DNA of 64,000 nucleotides from Chthoniobacteraceae bacterium (GTDB lineage Bacteria > Verrucomicrobiota > Verrucomicrobiia > Chthoniobacterales > Chthoniobacteraceae): contig JBBCKI010000004.1 in assembly GCA_037190965.1 (NCBI GenBank), positions 32,001-96,000 on the forward strand. The letters are read 5' to 3'. The notes below the pieces were generated by a model that was given only the letters and a program-made list of their open reading frames with translations, was not told where the DNA came from and ran no database searches. This document shows, in pieces, positions 20,101-29,800 of this stretch. The stretch's first letter is position 1, and each line of letters opens with the position of its first letter. The translations under genes were made by a program, and so were the position numbers.

Positions 20101-20760
20101 CGTTTTTACCAGCGAAGTCACATACCCGACGCCATCCGCTATGGTGCCCGCTACGGTGTTTTCGCCCGTGTTGCCGCCGCGCAGAGTAACCACCGTATTC
20201 GCTGTACTGGAGCCGGTGATATCACCCAAGGTAAGGGTGGCCGATGCGGTGCTGCTCGAACTGTCAAAAAACAGCGCATTCCCGCCAGCCTTGATCGCGC
20301 TATTAAAGCGTTGCGCCGCAGTCACGCCGCTGGCAATCGTAATGCCAGCATTTGCGGCCGTCGTATTGCTCAGATATAGCGGCCCTCCTCCAAAGATAAA
20401 AGCCCCTGCTCCTGCATCGAACCTAATCGCGCCCAGAGCGCGATTTCCATCAATCGTGATGGCGGTATTGGTGCCGTTGGCAAAGGTCGCCACGTCAGCG
20501 GTGGCTGAGGGTGTAAGATTCCCCGGAGTAGCGACATTCCAGTTAGAAGCTACGCCGAAGGTTCCGTCCGTTACACCTGTCCATGTCGCGCTTGCAGCAT
20601 GCAGATGCGACTGTGATGAAATCACGGGCAGTGCCAAAAGCAACGCCATGAATAGCTTGGAAGATGAACGACCTAAATGGTGGGGGGAAACGCCATGAAT
20701 AGGAGTCATGCCTTCTTTTTTATTATGATTACACATTCGGTCAAGAAAATTTGTTCCCAT
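17182..20760 (-). CDS. PEP-CTERM surface protein with autotransporter-associated beta-strand repeats
   Basis: Several (K/I)xGxGxxxLSGxNxYxGxT repeats; C-terminal VPEPGSAVLWIAGLGLTLGWIGRTRR. Start uncertain (20760/20736/20709/20649). Confidence 0.92.
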   Translation of the reverse strand: MGTNFLDRMCNHNKKEGMTPIHGVSPHHLGRSSSKLFMALLLALPVISSQSHLHAASATWTGVTDGTFGVASNWNVATPGNLTPSATADVATFANGTNTAITIDGNRALGAIRFDAGAGAFIFGGGPLYLSNTTAANAGITIASGVTAAQRFNSAIKAGGNALFFDSSSSTASATLTLGDITGSSTANTVVTLRGGNTGENTVAGTIADGVGYVTSLVKTNGGKWILSGNNTFTGDVDIKTGKLELSNLASLGGGTSAVTLGGGGRATFSYTGSSATFTRGFTMAWSGDQTIEVTTEGQTLTIAGGNIVGPDSTNVLSFTGAGNIDVTSSIQVKNLAKSGTGTLTLSGSNAFSGDTSAGSLTVRAGTVVLNSDNALGKNARLSLQGAGNVVQAGGADRVFSNGLDFGSGFSTTFSGSNSLTFTGGVNFDAGTTSGGFNNRLDPGKLLTISGTINMSNGAAANDFRITAIGDSLISGNIIGGLNSSVTFHQGAGIVTFSGSNSYTGATTVGAGGAAPTLVLASDHALAGGGLLVFNRGIVQAGGGDRAFANTIDLATSAGGTIIAAFSGSHSLTFTNGMTVTGATGSKQVALTNDIVPGKRLTISGPISASASGNDNTLTIGGSGETWITGDISNGGGTNTRLRLIGTGITVLSGSNSYSGATTLAGQNTLRLAGSNALGTGSLIFGLGGRGLVELSAGNSLFTRALGTGQGQVAWEEASGGFGAYGADATVNIGGAGASYIWGSTTNFLRTYQRLLLSSVTSDHKVTWVNGIDLNGLQRTLEVSNGSALVDADVSGVITGRAGSALQKVGAGTLELSGANTYIGATLIEEGVLRVSSVDISGGSSNIGSSGNVQLGTTSSSGRLDYVGLSGTLNGALSVKEGGGRIDTVTAGQTLTIATAGNTVALTGTLTVGGAGNTVMKSDLGSGAGGLVKTGSGTLSIAGNNNNYTGTTTVTMGRLLVSGSLTQTLGVSVASGATLTVDGFINTSANVTVNGVLNGRGRLGTIGGSGLVGPGNSPGILTATATDSKDGLDYAFEFTGTGSPNYGNSSASVNDILRLTGETPFTTALGANNSVAIYLNVGSLSLGDSFRGGFYTDNDASFFDQIENAAFTFYLFNPEGEVTYNEVNYDLYGGLLTFKIDTVREMANFDGGPVYGYVSEFTVVPEPGSAVLWIAGLGLTLGWIGRTRRVNG

Positions 20761-21026
20761 TTATTTTAAACCTGCCGAATTTTTGAACCTTCATATCAAT
20801 GCAGCCCGCCCTTCTCAAAGATCACGGAACTGGGATTCACCGGGAACGAGAGTCACCCCCCCCCGGCCAACCTCCGGACTCTATCTCCAATTTGCGCAAG
20901 ACTTAGGGCAACTTCTTGATGATCGGCCATCTCGGGCCGATCCAGCGTTTTGAATTTCAAAGCCCTCATTCAACCTGTTTCATCAAAAGTATTGACAGAA
21001 TTTATACCCTATTGTTCCATACCCTA

Positions 21027-21665
21027 ATGCCACGATCTCCATTCCCCCTCACGATCTCCCTTCTTTTACTCGCCCTCTTCGGATCGCAGTCATGGGCCGC
21101 GGAAAACCTCTTCGAAATTGGCCTCGACGCCCCTGCCCAGACACTGATAGACGGCGTTCCTTTGGGCTGGATAGCGCGGCCCGCTGTTCCAGGATACATA
21201 CCCGCCAAGGAGTTTACGTTTACGGAGGATGCTGAAAAGTCAAAGGACAGCAAAAAGCCTTTCACGCGTCTAAACATCAAGGGCGAGGAAGGGTTCTTTG
21301 TTCTTGAGTCACACAAGATCGTGATTCCTGAACCCGGTGACTATCGGTTCTCAATGGAGCTCGATAGCGCATTTTCGACCTCTCTTGGCATCAATTTTCG
21401 TCGGCAGCCCCACGCTCAGGAAGAGCCCGTGATCATCTACGAGGCTCCCCGGGGAGTGAATGTTTATAAGTCGAAGTTTTCTGCCGAAATCATGAGATCA
21501 AGTTTTCCTCCCGGGGATTATCACGAGGTCGTTCTACACCTCACAGTGCCGCCTGGGGTGGAGTCGATCGTCATCAATCTCCGTTGCAGGGTCACCGAAA
21601 CGGATGGCAATACCCTCGCGTTCGGAAACGTCAAGTTGGAAAAGGAGACCGAAGAGGGACACTAG
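21027..21665 (+). CDS. Hypothetical secreted protein, possible carbohydrate-binding beta-sandwich
   Basis: Signal peptide ending SWA-AE; beta-rich sequence; TTGACA about 30 bp upstream of ATG 21027. Confidence 0.65.
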   Translation: MPRSPFPLTISLLLLALFGSQSWAAENLFEIGLDAPAQTLIDGVPLGWIARPAVPGYIPAKEFTFTEDAEKSKDSKKPFTRLNIKGEEGFFVLESHKIVIPEPGDYRFSMELDSAFSTSLGINFRRQPHAQEEPVIIYEAPRGVNVYKSKFSAEIMRSSFPPGDYHEVVLHLTVPPGVESIVINLRCRVTETDGNTLAFGNVKLEKETEEGH

Positions 21666-21728
21666 GGCACCACAGATTAAAGCAAGCGATGCCCCAAGCT
21701 GGTTATGCTCCATTCAGTCAGCGATTCC

Positions 21729-21767
21729 CTAGTGTCGTGTCAGGCTAATCCCTTAGCACGACACTAG
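21729..21767. terminator. Inverted repeat between convergent genes, possible bidirectional terminator
   Basis: CTAGTGTCGTG (21729-21739) pairs perfectly with CACGACACTAG (21757-21767); no clear U-tract. Confidence 0.4.
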
Positions 21768-22936
21768 CAGAAGCTATCCATAATCCTTCCCGCGACCAAT
21801 TCGGGCTCACTCAGGAGGGAGTCTTGCGTGATTTTCTTCGTAAAACGGCTCACCAGCTTTTTCGCGATCTCTTCCGAAGAGATTGCATATCGCGCGACTG
21901 GCAGCGCATAAAAGTGATCGAGCCCTTCGGTCGTCAGAACGATCATTTTTGGAGGTGCTTCTTTTGGACCCAGAGCCGTCTGGATGGCAGCCACAATGCC
22001 TCGGGTCATAATATCATCCTGCAAAATGATTCCGTCCGGAAAGTGCCGTTTGCGTCTCCACTGTTTAATGATAGGCACCATCGCTTGGTAAGCAGCGCGA
22101 TCGACGTGATGCCCGGAGAACTTCGGGTTGCTTGCCAGGTGACTGCCATTAACGATGGCACTGGCTGGAACGCGCAGCCCGGCATTGGAAACCACCTTTC
22201 GAAACTCTCCCAAATGGGCATCATAAGAACCTGCGTAGGAGAAATCACTATAGATAAATGCCAGCTTCTTCGCTCTTTGACGTAAAAGCCACTCAGCCGA
22301 TTCGCGGACAAACCGGGCATGATCAATCTGAACATCGATATCAGGTCGGGGAAAGCTGAATGTTACGTATGGCAGCGCCTGGTCGGCCCCAACTGAGGCA
22401 GGCACCTGGCCGCTGATGACAACGAAACCAATAAAACGCTGATAGCGGAGATCGTAGCTAAGTTCATTGATCGATCGTTCGCCCTCCCCGGATTTTAGGT
22501 CGACCAGACAATGATAAGTCCTGGGATTCAGTCCTGCGTCATTGACCTCATTCTTCACCGCCGTCGCAATGTAACGCGAGGCGTGGCTCTGCTCGGAGAG
22601 CAAGTTGGGTCCGACAAGGATACCCACTGAAGGCCTGGCTGACTTCAGCATTACAAAAGTCCCCCGCCGCGGGTGCCTGCTCACAAGGCCCTGTCCATCG
22701 AGAATCTCCATGGTTCTCTGAACACAGGTAATCGAGACCCCCAAAAGGCGCACCAAGTCCAAGGTCGGTGGCAACCGCTCCCCGTCACTGAACTTTCCCG
22801 CCCGGATAGCCCTTTCAATTTGCAGCGCGATCTGCTTGTGCAGAGGGACTGCAGAGCCGTTCGAAAGTTGAATATCTCGAAAAACTTTCTGAATCATCTG
22901 CCCCATCTTCGAGCAATCTGTCCGTTTTAGCAACAT
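21764..22936 (-). CDS. GntR family regulator with LacI-type periplasmic-binding sensor domain
   Basis: GntR wHTH (PLHKQIA...GERLPPTLDL...RRGTFV) followed by LacI-like domain (PDGIILQDDIMTRG). Confidence 0.88.
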   Translation of the reverse strand: MLLKRTDCSKMGQMIQKVFRDIQLSNGSAVPLHKQIALQIERAIRAGKFSDGERLPPTLDLVRLLGVSITCVQRTMEILDGQGLVSRHPRRGTFVMLKSARPSVGILVGPNLLSEQSHASRYIATAVKNEVNDAGLNPRTYHCLVDLKSGEGERSINELSYDLRYQRFIGFVVISGQVPASVGADQALPYVTFSFPRPDIDVQIDHARFVRESAEWLLRQRAKKLAFIYSDFSYAGSYDAHLGEFRKVVSNAGLRVPASAIVNGSHLASNPKFSGHHVDRAAYQAMVPIIKQWRRKRHFPDGIILQDDIMTRGIVAAIQTALGPKEAPPKMIVLTTEGLDHFYALPVARYAISSEEIAKKLVSRFTKKITQDSLLSEPELVAGRIMDSFC

Positions 22937-23034
22937 CGAACCGACTGAACCAAACCCTTAATTCGGCAAAAATTATCGTTCGTTAACCCTTCGGCCTTTA
23001 GACGCGCATCGGCCATCGGCCCCAGTCAAGACTT

Positions 23035-24099
23035 CTATGAAGAAGCCGAGGCCCTCATCGAAGCCCCGGCACACATGAACGGCCCGATTTTGATTACGGT
23101 GCCGGTGCGTGATGCCTTCTCCGCGGCAAACACGGCAGCCACCGCCATCGCACCGTCAAAAAGCGAAGGACAGCGCATTTCCCCCGTGCGAACAGCCTCG
23201 TAGAAAGCCTTGATGTTTCCGGCATCATCGTTCGGCTCGAGAACTTCGACGGCCTCCCGAAATTCGACGCTGCCTTCAAAACCAACCCTCTGCTTCATTA
23301 TCCTAAACTCCCTATCGGGATGAAAGTCATCGCGATAAACGTTCATGCGCGTCCCATAAACGGAAAGTGTGTGCCGATAGGGAGTCACATGATACGCGCA
23401 GAGCATTCCAATCACCCCGGATTCGAAGGCTAGGTGACAGGTCGCCGCATCCGCCGTCCCTGTAGAATGCACGTCATAACGCAACCGGGCGGAAACCTCC
23501 GTCACCGGTCCGAAATAGTACATGAGTTCGTGAAGCGCATGGACCCCGCAATGAAAAAGCATCCCGCCGGGATTCTTGTCCGGATCCCCCCGCCAGTCGC
23601 CCGGGGCAATATTGAACCCTCCCGAATGGGCGGTGGTCTTTTCGAAAGCCACAATGTCACCCAACTCTCCTTTGTCGATCATCTGCTTGAGCGTTCTAGG
23701 CAACGCTTGCCGGCTCAAGTCCTCGTGCCCCACTCCTACGGGAAGCCCGGTCTCGCGCTGGAGTGCGAGAATTTCCATCAACTCTTCGTTCGTCGCACAC
23801 AATGGCTTCTCAACGAATACCGGAAGCCCATGTTTCAGTGCCTGGATAATCTGCTCCGCATGGAACTTTGCACCGGTCGAAATAAAAACCGCCTCCAAGC
23901 CGGGGGTTTCAAGCAGTTCCTGATAGGATCTGCATGCCCGCGCGGATTCTTCAACCGCCGCCTTCTTCAATTGAGATTCATTCCAATCGTAAAGCGCTAC
24001 GATATCGTATAGCCCCGAGTTCCGGAGGGTCGTGCGCCTCCAGCCTCCGAAGTTACCAACGCCGATCTGCCCCACCCGCAGAGGGGATGGCCTATTCAT
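23035..24099 (-). CDS. Gfo/Idh/MocA family oxidoreductase
   Basis: GQIGVGNFG, FVEKPLC, WRGDPDKNPGG, GVHALH. Confidence 0.9.
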   Translation of the reverse strand: MNRPSPLRVGQIGVGNFGGWRRTTLRNSGLYDIVALYDWNESQLKKAAVEESARACRSYQELLETPGLEAVFISTGAKFHAEQIIQALKHGLPVFVEKPLCATNEELMEILALQRETGLPVGVGHEDLSRQALPRTLKQMIDKGELGDIVAFEKTTAHSGGFNIAPGDWRGDPDKNPGGMLFHCGVHALHELMYYFGPVTEVSARLRYDVHSTGTADAATCHLAFESGVIGMLCAYHVTPYRHTLSVYGTRMNVYRDDFHPDREFRIMKQRVGFEGSVEFREAVEVLEPNDDAGNIKAFYEAVRTGEMRCPSLFDGAMAVAAVFAAEKASRTGTVIKIGPFMCAGASMRASASS

Positions 24100-24599
24100 T
24101 GTTCACCTTCCGAAAAAAGTTCGTCATCCCGTTATCGCTCCGCACCTTCGTCGAGGCAAGCCAACATCCATTCCTTAAAACAGGCTTCTTCTCAGGGAAA
24201 ATCCCGTCGGGGTTCATAGTTTTCAACATTGAGCTTCACCATTCCCATTTATTCTACCTCCTGACAAGCACCAAAAATAGCAAAACTCTTTTTTGCTCCT
24301 CTCCTCTCATTTCGTTAACACGACCTAGTCAAATTTCCATCTCACGCCGCAGGCGGCGGGAGATCCGACTGAAAGAACTTTTATTGACAAAGCCGCATCG
24401 AGCCGCCACCCTCACGCATAGCGAGCACCCTTTCTTGAGGTCCATTTTCAGTTATTCTAGGTTGTGTTTAGGAAGATGAAGCCGAGTCGTGATCGGCGGA
24501 TACGTTTTGGACGGCGAAATGGTGAGCTGTTAAAATTTCAGATCCGAGGAGGTCGCAAATAGTGATCACTAGGCGACGTCGAAAGATTGCATTACCCGA

Positions 24600-26798
24600 A
24601 TGGAGCCAGTAGCCAACATGATCCATCATTACACAATTGCACAGCACAAGGGGCGCCCGCTCCTCTTTGAGAACGACCAGCCACGCTCTTTGGTCATGTA
24701 TTGTCCCGGCAACGCTATCGGCAATCAGTCGCGGGAGGACGTGGATCGGTTCCTTGATGCTGGCATCACGGATTTCTATTTATGGATGGGGCGTCACGAG
24801 AAAGAACCCGATGGAATGACGACGCCGTTCTGGAAAGGGGCCGATGAACTTGGGGAACCTGTTTTTATCTCTCCGGAACGATTCTATTCTCTGCCCGAGA
24901 AAATCGCCTATATTGTGGAACGCTGCCCGGAAGCTCGATTTTTGCTCCGTTACTATGCGCATCCTACCAAACAGTGGAAGGCAAAGTACCGGGAAGAGAT
25001 GGCAGTCGATGAAACAGGATCGATTCTCGATGAGACATCGCTAGCCAGCGAAAGGTACGAGGATGATCACCGGCGTGTTCTGCTGCACATGATTCATTGG
25101 GTCGAGCAGCAGCCGTGGGCATGGCGCATCCTTGGATATATCTCCCTGCATGAGTTTGAAGGCACCACGGAAAATGGCTGTAAGGGGATGCTTTTCGATT
25201 ACAGCGAACCGATGCAGGCGGCCTTTCGCGAGTTTGCTCCGCAATGGGAGGGCGTCCCGCTCAACCGATTCGCCAGGCGCGATAAGGAGGAACTCAAACA
25301 TTGGCCCGATCCCGCAACCACATCGGCAGAGCGGGACTATTTCGAATTGCAGCGCCAGCTGTTTTTCCGGCGCTGTCAGCGGTTTTTGAGTACGGCCAGG
25401 GAAGCGCTCAACGGTCGCAGAGTCTTGCTGGGAATGGATGCATTGAAGCAGGGGATGCAGGGGTGGATCTGCTATCCCTTTTTCTCGGGTAAAGCACCGA
25501 GGGTACATTATGGGCATATACTTGCGGCATCCGGTTCGATCGGGGTGGATAAAGTCTTCGAAATTCCCGGGTTCAATACTCTCAACACACCGTATGATTA
25601 TACCTTCCGCCATATGGGAGGCTCGCCCGAACCGGAAGGGATTGTCGATAGCTGCGTGCTTCGCGGAAGAATGTTTCTGGTCGAGGATGACTGCCGCAGT
25701 TTCACGGCTAGCGAAAATGAAAGCTATGGCTACTTCCGGAACCAACAGGAAGCAGAAGCCGGTTTGTGGCGCAATGCGGCAGCAGCCATCGCGCGCGGCT
25801 ATCAGGCCTATTGGATGGACGTCACAGGTTTTCCTTCTCCCCGGGGCGGATATTTCCGCGATCCTGCGATCATGAATGTCATCAAGTCGATTGCGCCTGT
25901 CATGAGGGCGAGTATCGACTGGGAACATGCAGAGGTGCCGGGCATTGCGGTGGTGCTCGACGACCGAGCGGCGTTGTCGGAAAATTTTTCCGCGGATTTT
26001 CAAAATCTATCGGTGATGTGGCAGAGGTTGACAGGGCTGGCCCAGGCTGGCGTGCCCTATCGTGTTTATCTCTGGGAAGATCTTCTTATGGACAGCTTTC
26101 CCGACCATCGGCTCTTTATCTTTCCAAATCTTTTCCGGGTGGATCAGGAGCGATTCGACATCCTACGGGAGCGGGTCTGTCGCGATGGACGTGTGGTGCT
26201 TTGGGGACCGGGGACCGCAATCAGCGATGGGTGTCAGCTCGGCGCCGAGTGGGCCAGCAGGGTGACAGGAATACCGATGACCCTGTTTGGGGATTGTTTT
26301 TCGCGGCGCGTGGTATTGACGAAATTCGACCACCCAATTACCGAGCGATTGCACGGCTCGCTCTCTTATGGCGACGGCACTCCCTACGGGCCAACGCTGC
26401 TTCCGGAATGGGACCCTTCCCTCTCCGAACAAGGCATCGTGCTAACCGCGCGCGGAGTAAACCGTCCCGGTCTGGTCATCAAGGAACTGGGCGAAGGGAA
26501 CCAGCGCTGGACGAGCGTGTTTACAGCGGCGGTTCCGGTTCCCGCAGTCCTGATCCGAGAGATGGCACGTCATGCCGGCGCCAACATCTATTCAGAGGAA
26601 AATGACGTGATCCTCGCCTCCCGAAATTTCCTAGGTGTGCATTCTGTTCGTGCCGGACGGCGACGGATCAAGCTGCCGGAGGTTTCCGAAATCAGGGATG
26701 CCCTCTCGGGAGAGTTGATCAGCCCTGCCGCCGATGAGATCGAACTGGTGGTCACCCCGCCACAGACCCGTCTTTTCCGCATCAATCCGAAAGGGTAA
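24600..26798 (+). CDS. Glycoside hydrolase, clan GH-A / GH42-like (TIM barrel plus trimerisation-like domain)
   Basis: Pattern typical of PVC beta-galactosidase-like proteins: DYSEPMQAAFREF, PYDY, VEDDCR, IAVVLD, LFIFPNLF; no signal peptide. Confidence 0.6.
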   Translation: MEPVANMIHHYTIAQHKGRPLLFENDQPRSLVMYCPGNAIGNQSREDVDRFLDAGITDFYLWMGRHEKEPDGMTTPFWKGADELGEPVFISPERFYSLPEKIAYIVERCPEARFLLRYYAHPTKQWKAKYREEMAVDETGSILDETSLASERYEDDHRRVLLHMIHWVEQQPWAWRILGYISLHEFEGTTENGCKGMLFDYSEPMQAAFREFAPQWEGVPLNRFARRDKEELKHWPDPATTSAERDYFELQRQLFFRRCQRFLSTAREALNGRRVLLGMDALKQGMQGWICYPFFSGKAPRVHYGHILAASGSIGVDKVFEIPGFNTLNTPYDYTFRHMGGSPEPEGIVDSCVLRGRMFLVEDDCRSFTASENESYGYFRNQQEAEAGLWRNAAAAIARGYQAYWMDVTGFPSPRGGYFRDPAIMNVIKSIAPVMRASIDWEHAEVPGIAVVLDDRAALSENFSADFQNLSVMWQRLTGLAQAGVPYRVYLWEDLLMDSFPDHRLFIFPNLFRVDQERFDILRERVCRDGRVVLWGPGTAISDGCQLGAEWASRVTGIPMTLFGDCFSRRVVLTKFDHPITERLHGSLSYGDGTPYGPTLLPEWDPSLSEQGIVLTARGVNRPGLVIKELGEGNQRWTSVFTAAVPVPAVLIREMARHAGANIYSEENDVILASRNFLGVHSVRAGRRRIKLPEVSEIRDALSGELISPAADEIELVVTPPQTRLFRINPKG

Positions 26799-26874
26799 GG
26801 CCTCGACGTAAGGCATGCCGCTGAGCAAACGCTTGACGTTTTGCAATGTATCCATTTATTCTACCCCTCCAGCC

Positions 26875-29800
26875 ATGATTTATTTTAGGCAAGCTACTGC
26901 GACATGGAGGCGTTTTGTCCGAAGGAATCCCGCGCATCATAGACGACCGACTTTTCGCCAAAGAAAGAACCAGAAAGGTTGGGCGCTCTTTCTCATTCTG
27001 GTGGTACTTGCGATCCTCTCCGTGGTGATTCTCGCTTTCCTATCTTCGACGAGAACCGACCTCGCCATGAGTTCGGCTTATAACTACTCGAACCAATCAC
27101 GCATGACCGCCGAGAGCATCGGCAATCTTATTGTCGGACAGATTCGGCAGGCCACCTCCCAGCCCAAAGCGACGTGGATCACCCAACCCGGCCTCATCAG
27201 GACATTTCTGGAGGACGGTTCTGTAGGCCCTGCCTACAAGCTCTACTCTTCGAACGTCATGATCGCCGCGGGAGGCTTTGACCCCGAAGCAGCCCTCAAC
27301 ACAGAGGTTCCAGGCGATTGGCCTTCAAGGCCGGACCAGTTTTTTGATCTCAATCGGCCGATAAAGAATGCGACCGGCCAATGGATTTATCCCATTCTCA
27401 ATCCTGCGGCGGAAGGCGTGATCGAAGGGTTCAAGAATCTTAGCGCCGAAAAACAAATCGCTGCGGGCACGGCGCCCGCCTACACAGCTCCCAGTGCAAA
27501 GCCTTTGCCCATGCCAGTCCGGTGGCTCTATGAATTGGAAGACGGAACACTGGCCGCCCAAGGGGACGATGGCAAGATCCCAGGAACAAGCGCGTCCAAT
27601 CCGCCGGTTGCCCGGTTGGCTTTTTGGACGGATGATGAAACCTGCAAGATCAACCTGAATACCGCATCCTCGGGCATGTATTGGGACGCCCCGCGCGGGA
27701 GGGGGAACAACTTCGAAAAGGGGGACTTCGCTACCGGCGCGGCGGGAAGCGATCCCATTGTCGCCAAGACGGGGCTGGCCGCTTCTCCGCCCGGGCAGGG
27801 GGAATATAATCGCTATCCCGGGCACCCCGCGACCACTTCGCTCGACGTCGTCCTTTCCAATACCGCCTTCTTCACGACTATTCTTGACGATACAGAGAGG
27901 CGAAAAAAGATCCTCTCCTACTCTCCTCGGATCAGGTTTGGGGGTTCCAAGTTCGGATCGGCCTTCCCGCAGAAGAAAGACGCCATCGTACCGGGAAGCG
28001 AGAGACTCTACGCCACCATCGACGAGTACTTTTACTCGCCAAACCGATCGCCCAACAACGATGGAAAAAACGGCATCCTTGCGGACAAGCTCGATCTCGC
28101 CCGTTTCTTCCTGACGACCAATAGCCGCTCCCCGGAAGCGACGGTCTTTAATACCCCACGGGTCACCATCTGGCCCATGCCCCGCAACAAGGCAGATAGG
28201 ACCCCCTATGACACAACCATCGCCTTCTGCTCGAGCATCGGCGGACGGGAATACTTGTTCACCCGGGGAAAGTTTTTGGACGGCGCCTTTAGTCTGTCCA
28301 GCAACAACACCCTCACCGGCGCCAGCACCATTCCCGCTCTAAATCCCACCATGGATTTCACTACAACAAATAGTGAAATTTATGACTACCTATATCATGA
28401 GATGCAGCGTTCCATTCCGGGTTACGGCGCCTCGCTGCAAGACAAATTCCAGGGCGATACTTCCTCAATATTGACCCTCATCTACGATTACATCCGCTCG
28501 ACCAATCTCTACGACTTGAGCGCGCCAAATTCCGCTCCGTACACATCCCGGCCGTTCCTGCAAAATGAACTGGTCAAGTATCTCGGCGTGCCGACGGCAG
28601 GTGCGAGCCACTCCTCAACGGATATTGCTTCACTGGCAAGGCCCAGTTATAGCGATTCAAGTCCAGCAACCTATTATCATCACATCGGCAGCGCCTATGT
28701 CGGCCAGGTTGTCCCGATCAACATCACGCGCAACGGTAATACCACCCGCGGGTTGGGACGTTTTCCGGTCATCACCGGAGCCACCCTGGTCCTTTTCGCT
28801 ACTGATCCCGTCGACATGACCTTGAAATATGAAGACTGGAAGGACCCTCAAGATGAAACTTACGCCAAACACAAAGCTCCAACTGCCGTCCCCGAATTCG
28901 CCTCCTTTTCTCCGTCGCAAACGCCTCCCGTCCCTGCTCACCCGGCCTCAAAAATCCAGGCATTTCTGCTATTTTCTGTAGCCACCCCAAGCGCGGGCGC
29001 TTTAGGGCACGCATTCAGTTACGATCTGGAAGTCACAGGGCTCGATGGTGCCCAATTAACGACGGTGAACGAATTGGGGTCCCCGACAACCGTCCCGATG
29101 GGATTCCCACCGCTCGCGATCAATCGAGTTGCTTCCGGAATCCAAGGCACGATCGGACTGAGCGCCAACTTCGTGCAAATGAAGGGGGTTCCAAATTGGG
29201 GGAACCCCTTCACTTACGCCGCGATGAAAACACTGGGAGAGCCTTCCCTCTATAACATCAGATCAAAAACTGCCATTACCCCTGCCACGGGAGATAACGC
29301 CCACGTCTATCCATTTGTCAGCGCAATTCTCCCGATTAATGGCAGCCCTACCGTCAGCTTTGGCGACGTGACCATGAACGTTACCATCAAGGTCGACAAC
29401 AACTCACTCCAAACCTACACCATCAAACTCCCTGCCTTTACCGCACCCGCGCCGAAATGGGCCCTATTGGGAAAAGAAAAGATAAACTCAGATAACACAG
29501 TTATTCATCATTGGTACGACTCTCTCGTCTCGGGGCGAGACGCCAAGGAAAGGGGCCGTCTGCTCGGCCTCGGCGGCGATACGCGTTATAGCAACGGCAT
29601 GAATATCCCGTTTGCCGGCGAGGAGAGGAATCTTCCTACGTTAATCTTGCCCTATGACCTAGACGTGGTGCGTGGAGTCGAGCTTGTCCACGGCGACTTT
29701 CGTTTGATCGGAGGCACGCCCATCGTACCCGAAACTGAATACCAAAAGTGCGATGGCTATGATGACTCCTCCCGCTTCCAGGCCTGCAATCTTATTCTGC

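Noticed and set aside
17182..20760. True autotransporter
   Set aside because: No C-terminal beta-barrel; the protein ends in a PEP-CTERM sorting signal.
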